DNA of 64,000 nucleotides from Mobula hypostoma (taxonomy: Eukaryota). Shown here piece after piece: positions 26,701-40,044 of this stretch. Location: assembly GCF_963921235.1 (NCBI RefSeq), contig NC_086104.1:75144001-75208000 (forward strand). Reading direction: 5' to 3'. The first letter of the stretch is position 1; each line of letters begins with the position of its first letter. The notes below the pieces were generated by a model. It did not search any database, was not told where the DNA came from, and saw nothing but the letters and a program-made list of their open reading frames with translations. Both the position numbers and the translations under genes were made by a program.

Positions 26701-26969
26701 CAATCTTTATTCTTAAAAATCTTGTTACCTTCACTCTTCCAGAACTGACTATCCACTTACTCCTTTAAATCTTTGACTCTCTCTTCCCAAATCTCTTCGT
26801 CACATCAGCAGGAAGGAACCATCGTTTTTACAGAGCCTCGTCTAGCTGTGAGATTCTTTACATTGTTGTTAGGCACGCAAGTTTGTAAAATAGGCTCATC
26901 AATGCATGTTCACATTATATAAATACAGAAAATTGGAAAGGAAGCAAGAAGGCTAGACAGATGGATGAA

Positions 26970-27315
26970 CAGATTTACATTTTTGGATGCCCTTTACTAT
27001 AATCACCATTGCATCGCAAAGTCTGCACAGCAGAGTCCTGTAAATAATATGAAGACCACCAGGAAAAACTTTTTTAATGATACTAACTGAAAGCTAAACA
27101 TAGGCCAAGAAAGAGGCCAGTTCTTCAGAACGTTATCAGGCAATCACATGTATCCACCTTCAAATGCAGAAGGTTTCAGGTCAATGATTCATCCAAAAAC
27201 ACCACTGACAGTGCAGCACTCAATACACGCCTAACGTTCAATTTTACAGTTTTACGCTAAAATCTTTGTGATGGGATTGCAACACCGAAACCTGTGTCTC
27301 AGAAGCAAGAAAGTC
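26970..27315 (-). mobile_element. Ancient Deu-family-like tRNA-derived SINE
   Basis: tcatccaaaaacaccactgacagtgcagcactc...gggattgcaacaccgaaacctgtgtctcagaagcaagaaagt resembles the reverse complement of this SINE's head region. Confidence 0.5.
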
Positions 27316-29724
27316 TAGTTTTACAGTTGGTTGCCATGAATCAGATGGCACAGAAATCCATGTACTATAATAGCTGAATTTTTTTCCCAGTGAGTTCTGG
27401 ATGGTGCAGAACATGAAAATAAAAATCCCACATGTACTGATCTTAAATGCAGATAAATCCCCTTTGCTTGTCGATAGAGCCTTCTATCATTTATTTAACA
27501 GCATACTGTTTGCATTATTCAAGTAACTGTAAGTGTCCATAGAAACCAGTTAAATCTCCTGTTGGAGTTCCCAGCAGCAGATTGTGGGACGGCAAAAAGA
27601 GGCAGTTAGCTGAAAAAGGCAAGATTCAGTGAACTGGTTAAATTCCTATTCTGTCAACAATGTACATTTTATGGGAAGAAAAGAAAGAAGTAAAACTGAG
27701 TTCTCAAAAAGAGATTCGAATGTCAAGATAGTTTGTTGTGTCAAATAGCTCTTATTCCTGTGTGAGATCTTAAAAAATTGCAAGCTTTGTACAAACATGC
27801 ATAATTTATCATTTCCAAGTCTTAGATCTGCATTGCATGTCATGTTTTTAAGCAAGCCATGTTTTCAAAAAGCTGCAGCTTTGCTAATGATTAAAAAGGA
27901 AACACTATCCCATAAGCAAAGGATGGATTCTATATTGACGTTTTTCATGTTACAGGTTCTTTCCCTATTCAGCTGAAGTGCCGTAATAACAGATGACAAA
28001 AATACAATACATTTATTGAATCCCTTCTCAATGTTACTTCAGAAAAACGCCATGCAGGACATCACAAAGCCAACAGAAAGCACAAAGCTGGGCTAAAGTG
28101 GAAAGGGTTACCAGTGCTAACCAAGAACTCAGAAAGAAGTTGGATTCTTGGAAAGGGTCTTAAAAGAGATAAGGTTTTGGAAGAGTTTTAAAGAGAATTC
28201 TGGAAAGTGGAATCCAGGCAGCTAAAGGCCCAGCTGTCAATTGTACAGTGAGCTACAATGTTCTCTGTTCAACGTTGTCAAAGATTACACAGATAGTGCA
28301 GTAGGCCATGTAGCAGCAGCATAAATGCAAAATTGGAGCAAAAGGATTTCAATGGCCGAGGTCATCCACTCTGAGCCCAAGCAGAGTGTTCGCTACAGAC
28401 AGGCTTTGGAGTCCATGTTATCAATCATCACAGGTAAGTCCAGAAAATATTCAAAAAACTCTACATTTACAAGACGAGACTATCAAGCATAACACAGGTT
28501 GACAAAACCTTGCTTCTTAATAAAATAGACCACAGTTTACGTAGAGTTGGATTAAGAAAATCACATTAATTTCACTGTGAACACAGCAAAGAATTCAAAA
28601 GGTTAAATTATCAAAAGATATTATCCAAACTAGGTTTATAGTTCATGGAATTAAGAAGCTCAAGTGTTAATTAAATCAAGCAGGATAGTCAGGGTGTGAA
28701 TATTCCTGCTAGTTAGAGACATGCAGAGAACTCTTTCAAGAATGAAATTCCAAGGTGCATCTTTACACAGAAATTAGGAGAGATTTAGGACCTGTACCCC
28801 CACACATCTGTTTATCCTGTGTATATTGCTAATTTTTAAAAGCTATTTATCCATCAAAATTGCAAATGTATATTGGACAAAAATTGGAATATTAAGGAGT
28901 TATGTCACAATGAACTCATTGAATGTTGACGCAGACGAGACAGAATTGACAGTCTTAAAGGCAATTTATTTCCTAAAAAAAGAAAAACTTACTGAAGAAT
29001 TTGTGTTGACTCATTACTTTGCATTGTTACAATATCTCACAAAATCCTATTTTAAGATGTCTATCAAAAATTTAGATATAATATTACACTTTCTTTATTG
29101 CTAATTTACCATACTTATGTGAAAAGTACTTCACAGATTGTTGTATAAACACATGTAAGCATATAAATCAGATGAGTCCTAACTATCAAATCCTGACAGC
29201 AAAATCAGATAAACCAGTTTGAAAGAGTTATAATGCTCCAAGAATTCTGGTTTCAGGGGAAGTAACAGATGAGGGTGAAAAAAAGCACAATCATTGTCAC
29301 AGCCTGACTGGATGACTCATGCCAAGTGTTGTTAGCACACCACTTCACACGCACGGCTCGGCTCAGTAACACCTTTCATCCCATTTTGTCAACCATATCC
29401 TTAATGCTTGCTACTTCAGCAGAAATGAAAAAAGTTGTTTACAACTTCAATTTGAAAAGGGCAAAGAAACAAAGTCCTGCTTGAAGCTTCAATTTTATGG
29501 CATGTAAATATTTAAATTTCAAAAGGAAAAGAATACCACAGACTATGTTGGAGCTCGACAAGAAGCATGTGAAATTTAACACTATCTTCTCAAATGACTA
29601 AAGTTAAAGTATGAACAACACATAGAAGATTCTTTCAAAAAACAAAATAAACCCAATAAGTAGTCTACGGAGGATTCAAAGCTCAGAGATCATAAAGACA
29701 AAGAGGACTACCGATGTTAGAATT

Positions 29725-29812
29725 TAAAACAAAAAAAACAGAATGCTGTTAGAACTCGGGGAGTCAAGCAGCATTTGTGGAAGCAAAGGGTGCAAGTCAA
29801 TATTTTTGGGAC
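29725..29812 (-). mobile_element. Solo PLE 3' tail
   Basis: gaatgctgttagaactcggggagtcaagcagcatttgtggaag...agtcaatatttttggg is a degenerate reverse complement of the tails at 25930-26033 and 46480-46592. Confidence 0.65.
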
Positions 29813-30039
29813 CTAGCAATAAATATAAGACAGACAGCAATATGACCCAGGCAAACCTCTTTACCACAGGTATGATATAAACGGTAAGCTTACTCTCATG
29901 GAGCAGTGAAGATACATTTAGAGCAACGCAAGTGATGGTACATAGAACAGAAAGAGACTGAAGGATACGCTGACAAAGATGGGTGTAGAATGGGTAGCAG
30001 TTCAAGTGAAACATAAACATTGGCACAACTAGTTAGCCT

Positions 30040-30466
30040 AATGCACCCTTCATCAAGGACCCCATCGTTCAGGTCATGCTCTCTTCTCACTGCTGCCATC
30101 ACAGGAAGGAAGTAGAGGAGCCTCAGGACCCATGCTGCTAGCTTAGGAACAGTTATTACCCCTCAGCCATCAGGCTCTTGAACCCGAGGGGATAACTTCA
30201 CTCACCCCAACACTGAATTGTTCCCACAGCCTACTGTTCTCACTTTCAACTACTCTTCTACTGTTCTTGATGTGTATTGTTTGTTTATTTATTTATTATT
30301 AGCACTGTTATTACATTGGTTGTTTGGCCATCCTGTGTGCAGTTTTTCATTGATTCTATTGTGTTTCTTTGTATTCACTGTGAATTGCCCGCGAAAAAAA
30401 AAGAATCTCAGGGTAGTATATAGTGACATATATGTACTTTGATAATAAATTTACTTTGAACTTTGA
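30040..30466 (+). mobile_element. Rex1/Babar 3' fragment
   Basis: catcaaggacccc...ctgccatc...ggaacagttattaccc...aataaatttactttgaactttg. Confidence 0.8.
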
Positions 30467-30728
30467 TGGGTCTGTTCCTCATGACAAATTAAGTAGTTCC
30501 AATTCTTTTTTTAATATAAATAATCGCAAAATTGAAGCAAAAAGTATAACATGCAGTTCATCACTTAACAAAATGGAGCAACAGTCCTCATTCAAATCCA
30601 CTGTCATAAGGATCATTACAGAAAATCTTTCCTCCCAAATGTAATAAGCATTTGCAACAGTTCATCTCTGTGCAACAGGTGAACACACATCATAGAAAAA
30701 AAGTCTCTGCCTTATTATTTAGTACATT

Positions 30729-31727
30729 ATGGCAGCTTATGGCAAGGTTTGCACACCATCGCAGACTTCAAAGCTAGGTGCAATGGTGCTGACAACATCG
30801 CTGCGTCTCTCCCAGATGAGTTAAATCTTTTTTACGCTTGGTTCGATGTCACCAACACTGAGCCCCTGAGGAGAGTCGCTGAAGCGGCCTGTACCTTAGT
30901 CATCTCTGAAGCTGAAGTACACAGGTGTTTCCAACGAGTGGACAGTCGGAAGGCTGTTGCAAAGTTGGCACAATGGTGTCAAGAAAACAACCTCTCCCTC
31001 AATGTTGCAAAAACAAAGGAGCTGGTTGTGGACTACAGGACGAATGGAGACAGGCTAACCCCTATTGACATCAATGGATCTGGGATAGAGAGGGTGAACA
31101 GTTTTAAATTCCTCAGCATGCACATCATCGAGGATCTTACGTGGTCTGTACATACCGGTTCTGTGGTGAAAAAAGCACAACGGTGCCTCTTTCAACTCAG
31201 ACGGTTGAAGAAGTTTGGCATGAATCCCCCGATCCTAAGCACTTTTTAAGGGGGCACAAATGAGAGCATCCTGACTGGCTGCATCACTGCCTGGTACGGG
31301 AACTGTACTTCCCTTAATTGTAGGACTCTGCAAAGAGTGGTGTGGACAGCCCAGCACATCTGTAGATGGGAACTTCCCACTATTCAGGATATTTAGAGAG
31401 AAAGGTGCATAAAAAGGGCCCAAAAGATCACTGGGGACCCGAGATACCCCATTGACAAACTGTTTCAGCTGCTACCATCTGGGAAACGGTACCATAGTAT
31501 AAAAACCAGGACCAACAGGCTCTGGGACAGCTTCTTCCTCGAGACCATCAGACTGATTAATTCATGCTGATACAATTGTTTTTCTATGCTATATTGACTG
31601 TCTTGTTGTACATACTATTTATTACAAGTTACCATAAGTAGCACACTGTGCATTTAGACAGAGACGTAACGTAAAGTTTTTACTCCTCGTGTATGTGAAG
31701 GACAAGTAAGAAAGTCAATTCAATTCA
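30729..31727 (+). mobile_element. Rex1/Babar LINE with an internal deletion of the RT core
   Basis: ORF 30749-31249 LPDELNLFYAWFD...VDSRKA joins directly to LAQWCQENNLSLNVAKTKELVVD...FKFL; tail (caatt)n. Confidence 0.85.
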
Positions 31728-31891
31728 CTGTTATTGCACATTGGTACATTATTATTGTGTATTATTTTATTCTGTACTTTATTACAGTATTAGTTAAGTC
31801 TGCAAACTGCTAAGTATGTTTTTAAATGTTATTGCTGTAATGAAAGAATTTCCCACTTGGGATCAATAAAGTAATTATTAGCATTATTATT

Positions 31892-33525
31892 GACTCTAAA
31901 ATTTCTTCATTTATTTGGCAAAATAAAAACCCGAGACTGGGTAAAATACATTTACAGAAAGCTAAGAGAGATGGAGGCTTAGCATTACCTAATTTTAGAT
32001 TTTATTATTGGGCAATTAATATTCGACATATGAAATTCTGGTTACTTGACCAGGATATACTATCCATTCCTAAATGGGTAGCATTGGAATTACAATCTGT
32101 TCAGGGTTATATACTTGGCTCTATTTTAGGTTCCTCTCTTCCTTTTGATTTGAAACGCCTTAAACAGGTGTCTAACCCGATAGTTAAATATACCTTACGT
32201 ATTTGGTTTCAATTCAGAAAATTTTTTGACCTTAATCAATTTGGGTTAGCGATTCCTATTTTAGGTAACATATTTTTTCCTCCCTCTTTTACGGATCGTG
32301 CTTTTCAAATTTGGAAGACTAAGGGTATTTCACGGTTTTTGGATTTATTTTTAGATGGTTCCCTTATGTCTTTTGAACAATTATCTAATAAATATAACTT
32401 ATCAAGAATACATTTTTTTAGATATCTACAAGTTAGAAATTTCCTAAGTACTATACTTTCTTCCTTTCCAATGCTTCCTCCTACATACATTTTAGATACT
32501 ATAATTAACCTTAATCCATGTCAGAAAGGTGCATCGGCTATGATTTATAATATTATTATGAAACTTAGGAAAGCTCCATTTGATAAGATTAGGGTAGATT
32601 GGGAACAGGAATTGGGGTTTATCATTTCCGTGGATGACTGGGGGCAGATTTTACAATTAGTCAATACTTCCTCTATTTGTGCTAAACATTCCCTAATTCA
32701 ATTTAAAGTTGTTCATAGAGCACATATGTCCAAAGATAAGTTAGCGCGCTTTTATTCTCATATTAATCCTTTTTGTGATAGATGTCCGGGGCAGATAGCC
32801 TCTTTAACTCATATGTTTTGGTCTTGCCCTACTCTGGAAACTTTTTGGAGAGACATTTTTAATATTATCTCCAAGGTATTGAATATAGATATCTCTCCTC
32901 ACCCTATTACTGCTATCTTTGGACTACCTAAAATTTCCAGTAATCTTTCCCCTTCAGCCCGTAGAATGATTGCATTTCTTACTTTAATGGCGAAAAGATG
33001 TATCTTACAACATTGGAAAGAGCTTAATGCTCCAACTACCTTTTTTTGGTTTTCTCAGACGATATTATGCTTGAATTTGGAGAAAATTAGAAGTAATCTT
33101 TATGACTCCTCATTTAAATTTGAACAGACCTGGAGATCTTTTATTCAATATTTTCATTTAATGTAATATATACCCTTCTTGTTTTTTTTTACTGTTTTTA
33201 ATGGAGGCCGGGATTGAGGACGTGATTTTAAGTTTTTTAACTCTGTTTGGTTTCAAGTTAGCCCATTGCTTTGCTTTGCTTTTAGTTAGTTGCACGGTGG
33301 GTTTTTTTTGGGTTTTTTTTTTCCTTTTCTCTATTGATATATATATAAAAATTAGTATACTATTATGTTACCTTGGTACGTTATGTTTAAATTACATTGT
33401 TTGTAGTATTTTTTTTGTATTAATATCTTCTGTAATTTTATTATATTCTAACAGTGTATTAGTGCCTATATGGCTTACCTTTTTGTATACTTATTCAATA
33501 AAAAGATTTAAAAAGTAAGAAAGAA
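31892..33525 (+). mobile_element. L1-clade LINE, 5'-truncated (ORF2 C-terminus and 3' UTR)
   Basis: GGLALPNF motif; open 378-aa ORF with CCHC knuckle CDRC...HMFWSC; AATAAA plus A/AAAG tail; 12-bp TSD agcattattatt at 31880-31891 and 33526-33537. Confidence 0.92.
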
Positions 33526-33538
33526 AGCATTATTATTA

Positions 33539-33656
33539 AACACAAAAACATACTGCAGGACACAAACATAACGCCGGAGGAACTCAGCAAGTCAGTCATA
33601 ATCTATGAAGGGGAATAAACAATCAACACTTTGGGTCAAGACCCTTCACTGGGACC
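33539..33656 (-). mobile_element. Solo PLE 3' tail with a mutated HHR
   Basis: ggaggaactcagcaagtcag...aatcaacactttgggtcaagacccttcactgggac; the HHR core is altered (CCAGTGA, AAAG). Confidence 0.7.
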
Positions 33657-33664
33657 TTCACCAG

Positions 33665-33885
33665 TACAGCCTTCCTCTGCCTTCACTGCCATTGTGATGT
33701 GTCATCATCTTCCACCAGTCCACCACTGAGGTCTTGGTTGGACCACTCTTTGTCTGGAACCTCCTCCCTTGGCCTTACTACCATGGGTGACCCTACCAGA
33801 TGGCTAAGCACCCTTTGGCATTGCTCTTGGGATCTCAGGAACTCACAAACCCCTCCACCATGACAAGGTGATGATCCTCAGAGAA
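33665..33885 (+). mobile_element. RTE/Expander-like 5' UTR or derived SINE fragment
   Basis: catgggtgaccctacca...cacaaacccctccaccatgacaaggtg motif, recognised from memory. Confidence 0.45.
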
Positions 33886-33989
33886 AACCACAATAATACA
33901 GGCATGCTAAACAATAAAAACAACATGCAGGAGTCAGAGCAAATTAATCACAAACCATCTGATCAGACTGACTTCTGCAGTTTCACCAT

Positions 33990-34990
33990 ATCTAATCCTG
34001 GTGGAAAACTAAATTGCTAATAGGAGACAGCTCTAAAAATATCATCCTCTTCAATGACAGCAAGGTCCACCATGTGAATAGGGAAGGTTGAAGCATTTAC
34101 AACCACATTCAGCAAAAAGTGCTGAATAGATTCTACAACTTGGTTTCTTCCACAGATCTTCGCTATCACTGCAGCCAGTCTTCAATAAGTTCAATTCAAT
34201 CCCCATGATATCAAGAGCTAGCTGAGCGTATTGGTTACAGCAAAGACAGTACCAGTCAACATCCCAGCCCTAACACTGAACCAGCTGTGCCTCCAGTCAA
34301 AGTGAAAAATCACCCTGATATGTGCTATTCACAAAAGCAAGACAAATTCAATCCAACTAATTGCTATTTAATTGATTGCCTTGCAGTCATCAAAGTGATG
34401 GAAGCTGCTGTCAACAGTGCAACTCAGCAATCACCCACCCACCATTGTTCAATTTTGCTTCAGCCAGGACTACTCACTTCACCTCATCGTTGTGAATGAT
34501 TACACAAAAGTACAATTCCATTCACAGCTCCTGATCAAACCCCCCAGCCCTAATATATTGGGTGTGACCACCAACAAAAACTCCTGCATCAGCCACATCA
34601 ATACCCTGGTAACAAAAGAAGGTTTGAAGTTTGGTATCTTGGAGCACATGACTAGTTTTTGAGTCCCAAAAGCCATTCACTATCAGGAGCATGATTAAAT
34701 ACTCCACATTTCTGACATTTCCTACCATTTACCCTATCTATGCCATTCATATTCACAAGGGCAACAAAGAAAAAATGCTGGATCATCGATATCACCCAAT
34801 TTCCCCAAATGAGTTTAAAAAACACAGCTGCTTTGAGTAGAAACACATTCAGAAAGTGACAAATAGGTTTTATTGACATACTGACTCTCTGGTATCTCAC
34901 TATATTGAAGAATCACAAAATGGACAAGCCAATCTTATTAACCTCTGCTTTAACAGGAGTTAAGTACCTCAACCATCACAGCTCAGGGCA
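33990..34990 (+). mobile_element. Highly degenerate non-LTR retrotransposon, clade uncertain
   Basis: tggtggaaaact...gaagcatttacaaccacattcagcaaaaagtgc...catgatatcaaga...aatatattgggtgtgacc (ILGVT thumb-like motif). Confidence 0.45.
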
Positions 34991-37388
34991 AATATGGATT
35001 AAAATCACATGTCAGTAGAATGAAATATCAGGATATTTCAAGGAGGCTTTGAATTTATACAAATGAAAAGACTAAGGGCAAATTAATATGGTTGTTCATC
35101 ACTTACAATTAGAAATTTGGAATGATAGCAGCATGGAAGGTTACATCATTTCATAATTACATCACATCTGTGACCGTTCAATGTAAGAGCAATCCAGCTG
35201 GACACACTTATGTACTCTCTTCATTTAGCACTGAAAAATGCTTTTGTTTTAGATGCTTGTCCAGTTCTTTTTTGCATGCTCCAATCGAATATGCCTCTTC
35301 ATGTTATACTGTTAGAAACTACACATACAATCCGACATTACCAGCCAAATATCAAAGAACCTCTTCTAATTGTAATGATACCTCAAAAAAGGCAAAGGGT
35401 ATCTTAAAAGTGGTAATAGTATGACAGATACATGACCAAAAATTCAAGTGGCAGTGTAAGTTGCCGTTACTGAGTTATGTAAGTAGTTTTCATAAAATGC
35501 TGACATATAACATAAAAACATCCAAGGTATACAGCATCAGGACATATAGTATATGGTCACTGTACAAATATTACCATATTTAATTTGTGCCTATTGAAAA
35601 TCATGCTTCTAAAATAGTTTTTCTCCAAATCCAGTATTTCTTTCATTTCCATTGTTTGTGTAAGGCACTTAAAATCTCCTGCTTCTAATACAAAAATGAG
35701 CCAAGATGCTTTCATCCGGAAACAGAACAATGCTGTCTTGCTCTCAAAACAGAGTTGTTAAGCTGACCAAGTACAAATTTGCTCTACCTTGTCAAATAAA
35801 AAAAATGCAAGAAACATATTGCAAAGTCTATTTTATTTCAAATGAATGTGTAACAAAGTGCAATGTCATATGTTTAAAACTAGTTCTCTGCTCTCCAATG
35901 TACTTATGGTCTGCTCCAAAATCTAGGTTTAAATGAAATATCTCATTACTAATGAGCAAATGAACTTCTAAATGGGATCATCTGAGTTAATGGTTTTACT
36001 TAAGGATGTGGACACTTTGACCATTACTAATTGCCCATCTACATCATATACTCTTATTTCTTAAGGCAAAGGCAGCACCACATTGTGTTACATTGGGTGA
36101 GAAGTTTCTGGAATTAGACACAGTGATGATGAAGGAATTTCCAAGTCTAGATGGTGTGGAAGTTGTGTTGTTCCTATTGGGTGTATATTTGTTGAATGAA
36201 GTAAGACTTTAAATGATGACTTGATTTTGCCCAAGTCAGGAAAAAAAGTTAACATTTAAAATGTTACAGAGTTCACCTGGTCCTTTTCTGGCATGTATAA
36301 ATGTGAATACACACAAAATATTTTGTAAGATGTGCAGCATCAAAAACAAAATTGGGTTGGCTGTAAGCAAACAGATGTTTTTTTCCAAAAAACAAAAAAA
36401 TTAACTTTACAAAGTGGGAACTTTCTAAACTTTGGAACTAATTCTTTCCAGGCAATTTTATAGTTCATGCCAGTCACTAATTAGTTGCTCCAAAATGCAC
36501 TCCATTTAGAATATGTGGCTCCAGGCTTTAACAGCAGCTGCAAAATAAAATAAATTGCTGAGAAACGCAATACATTTCCAAATTTTACATCCCACGAGAA
36601 TGTGATTGCACGTTACAATCACAAAAGGCAGCAAAGTAAAAGCGAAGTCAATTTACAGCAATAAGGCTAAATGATATTAAATGAACAAGAAATTTTGATA
36701 CCAAAATGATCAGAATACATCAAATGAAATATAGATATTATTGGACAGGCTCACTTTGAGACTTCTCCCATGACTGAGTGACTAACAATATGCGCTAGTA
36801 TTTAAATAGGATGGATTCCCAAGAACAATTCTCCTGCAAAATTTGACACTGAGTCATGCAAACAGATTTAAGCAAGCAAAAGCTTGCTCAAAGAGCTTAG
36901 TTTTAAAGAGGGTCTTAAAAGAAGGATTGAGAGATAGAGGCTGAGGTATTAGAGAGTGAATACCAAAGCAATGAGTCTGATGCAGAGAAGTGCCTACTGA
37001 TGATGGAATGGAGAATACTGGGGATGCACAGAGGCTCATTTTTCAATCTCCTGATCACATATATATCAAGCAGTACAATCTCTGTCATCCTAGGTTTGTG
37101 TGACTTGCACTAACCGCAGCAGATACAGTAGCTCAAACTTCTAAATAATTACAACCAATGACATTTCTGCAAAATGCCCCCTGATCTATAGTTAAATACT
37201 GACCATTGCAGAATACTATCCACTGTGGATATCACTGTGGAAGATCAATTATTTACTAATCAATTATTAATTATTTTATGCTACTTTTGACATTAAACCA
37301 CTTTTTAATCCAGCTACTTCCCTATTTGCGACATCAAGTTTTCTTAACCTTTTTTTTGTGTGATGGTATTTTGTCAACTGTGCCACTT

Positions 37389-38462
37389 AACATAGAACAT
37401 AGAATAGTACAGCACAGTAGAGGTCCTTCGGCCCACAATGTTGTGCCGACCCTCAAACCCTGCATCCCATATAAGCCCCCACCTTAATTTCCTCCATATA
37501 CCTGTCTAGTAGTCTCTTAAACTTCACTAGTGTATCTGCCTCCACCACTGACTCAGGCAGTGCATTCCAAGCACCAACCACTCTCTGAGTAAAAAACCTT
37601 CCTCTAATATCCCCCTTGAACTTCCCACCCCTTACCTTAAAGCCATGTCCTCTCGTATTGAGCAGTGGTGCCCTGGGGAAGAGGCGCTGGCTATCCACTC
37701 TATCTATTCCTCTTATTATCTTGTACACTTCTATCATGTCTCCTCTCATCCTCCTTCTCTCCAAAGAGTAAAGCCCTAGCTCCCTTAATCTCTGATCAAT
37801 ATGCATACTTTCTAAACCAGACAGCATCCTGGTAAATCTCCTCTGTACCCTTTCCAATGCTTCCACATCCTTCCTATAGTGAGGCGACCAGAACCGGACA
37901 CAGTACTCCAAGCGTGGCCTAACCAGAGTTTTATAAAGCTGCATCATTACCTCGCGACTCTTAAACTCTATCCCTCGACTTATGAAAGCTAACACCCCAT
38001 AAGCTTTCTTAACTACCCTATCTACCTGTGAGGCAACTTTCAGGGATCTGTAGACATGTACCTCCAGATCCCTCTGCCCCTCCACACTACCAAGTATCCT
38101 GCCATTTACTTTGTACTCTGCCTTGGAGTTTGTCCTTCCAAAGTGTACCATCTCACACTTGTCCGGGTTGAACTCCATCTGCCATTTCTCAGCCCACTTC
38201 TGCATCCTATCAATGTCTCTCTGCAATCTTCGACAATCCTCTACACTATCTGCAATACCACCAACCTTTGTGTCGTCTGAAAACTTGCCAACCCACCCTT
38301 CTACCCCCACATCCAGGTCGTTAACAAAAATCACAAGTAGAGGTTCCAGAACAGATCCTTATGGGACACCACTAGTCACAACCCTCCAATCCGAATGTAC
38401 TCCCTCCACCACGAGCCTCTGTCTTCTGCAGGCAAGCCAATTCTGAATCCCCCTGGCCAAAC
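37389..38462 (-). mobile_element. Young CR1 LINE, 5'-truncated
   Basis: Open 293-aa ORF KFSDDTK...EFNPDKC...LVRPRLEYC...RGHGFK...FFTQRVVGAWNALP; tail is the reverse complement of catagaacatagaa. Confidence 0.93.
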
Positions 38463-39244
38463 TTTTCTCAATCTTCCTCATCACAATGCTAATTCTCACT
38501 CCAAGCTCATTTCCCACTTGAGTGGAACAAATATCAAGGACTAATGTGAAACTATTCAATCTACACAGACAGCATTTAGGAATAAAAAAGGGAGGTCATT
38601 TTGATGCAGGCCCCCTTACAGTCAACAGGTAATAGAAGATACAAAGGTAGACTGTGAAAATATGTAAAAGCAACAGGGTAGTATCAGAAGGGGATTTTAT
38701 CTTTACTGGTATCAACTCAGATTACCTCAGAACATGGGATTTAGATGAGGAAGAATTCACAAAATGTATTCAAAAGTGTTTTCAGCAGCAGTATGTAGAG
38801 TCCTACTTGCCCTTACTTCAGGGTTGATATGTCTGTGGAAGAACCCTTTGGGACAGTGATCACAGTTCGGTAAGATAGTCATGGGTAAATGATCAAGTCC
38901 ATCCATGAGTTAGAGATTAGACACTAGTCAAGAAAGTTAAGGCATAAAGGATCAGAGGTGTTGGCAAACAGGATCCAAAATTGGCTGAGTGATCAGAGGC
39001 AGAGGGCAGTAGTGAATGGGTGTTTTTGAATGGAAATCTGTAATACACTCTATACCATAGGGAATCAGTACTGGGATCTGTGTTAATATATATTTTTCAT
39101 ATGAGAATGTATGAGGTATGATTCACAAGTTTACAGATGATGGAATAATTGAAGGAGTCCTAGATAGTGAAGAATAGGGACATAAATCAGCTAGAAAGTT
39201 GGGCAGAGCTGTTACAGGTAGAATCCAGATAAGTGTAACGTAAT

Positions 39245-39350
39245 CACAAACAACAGAAAATCTGCAGATGCTAGAAATCCAAGCAACACACACAAAATGC
39301 TGCAGGAACTCAGCAAGCCAGACAGCATCTTTGGAAAAGAGTGCAGTCGA
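39245..39350 (-). mobile_element. Solo PLE 3' tail fused to the HMGB2 retrocopy
   Basis: acaaacaacagaaaatctgcagatgct...aagcaacacacacaaaatgctgcaggaactcagc...gtgcagtcga is the reverse complement of the PLE tail at 46488-46592. Confidence 0.9.
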
Positions 39351-39396
39351 TAGTCTATTGTCGCCTCGTGTAGTGTGAGCCTAATACAAACCAATC

Positions 39397-39981
39397 ATGG
39401 TTAGAAAAGATCCAAATAAGTCTCAGGGCAAAATGTCCTTGTATGCCTATTTTATGCAGACTTGTCGTGAGGAACACAAGAAGAAACATCCGGAAGCCAG
39501 TGTGAACTTTGCAGAGTTTTCAAAGAAATGTTCTGAAAGATGGAAGATCATGTCAAGCAAAAAGAAGGCAAAGTTTGAAGACCTGGTCAAGAATGACAGG
39601 GCCCGTTATGATTGGGAGATGAAGAACTATGTTCCTCAAGAGGGGGACAAGAAGAAGAAGAAGGATCCAAGTGCTCCCAAGAGACCACTGTCAGCATTTT
39701 TCATTTTCTGCTCTGACAAACGTCCAAAGGTAAAGAGTGAATCCCCTGGAATGTCCATTGGTGACATTGCAAAGAAACTGGGAGAGATGTGGTCCACAGT
39801 GCAAACCAAGGATAAGCAAACATACCAGCAAAAGGCATCCAAATTAAAGGAGAAGAATGAAAAGGAAATTGCAGCATATCGTGCCAAACGCAAGAATGAT
39901 GCTAGGAAGAAACCTGCTGCCAAACCAGCTCAGGCTGCGAAGGAGGAGGAGGAGGAGGAACAGGAGGAGGACAATGAAGAA

Positions 39982-40013
<32 letters not shown>

Positions 40014-40044
40014 GGAAGAAGATGATGATGAGGATGATGATTAA
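39397..40044 (+). pseudogene. HMGB2: Processed HMGB2-like retrocopy with an open 215-aa ORF; ~46-nt 5' UTR from 39351 and partial 3' UTR to ~40238
   Basis: Two HMG boxes ([27 protein letters not shown]; APKRP.SAFF.FC...KKLGEMW) and an acidic tail, with no introns. DPNK and YVP..GDKK are HMGB2-like. 3' UTR motifs aatgtgaattca and aaactgtaca..tgtatag resemble the HMGB2 UTR as I recall it. Confidence 0.88.

Noticed and set aside
32030-33166. 378-aa ORF as a host gene
   Set aside because: It is the L1 ORF2 C-terminus, with a TSD, an A-rich tail and a second copy in the window.
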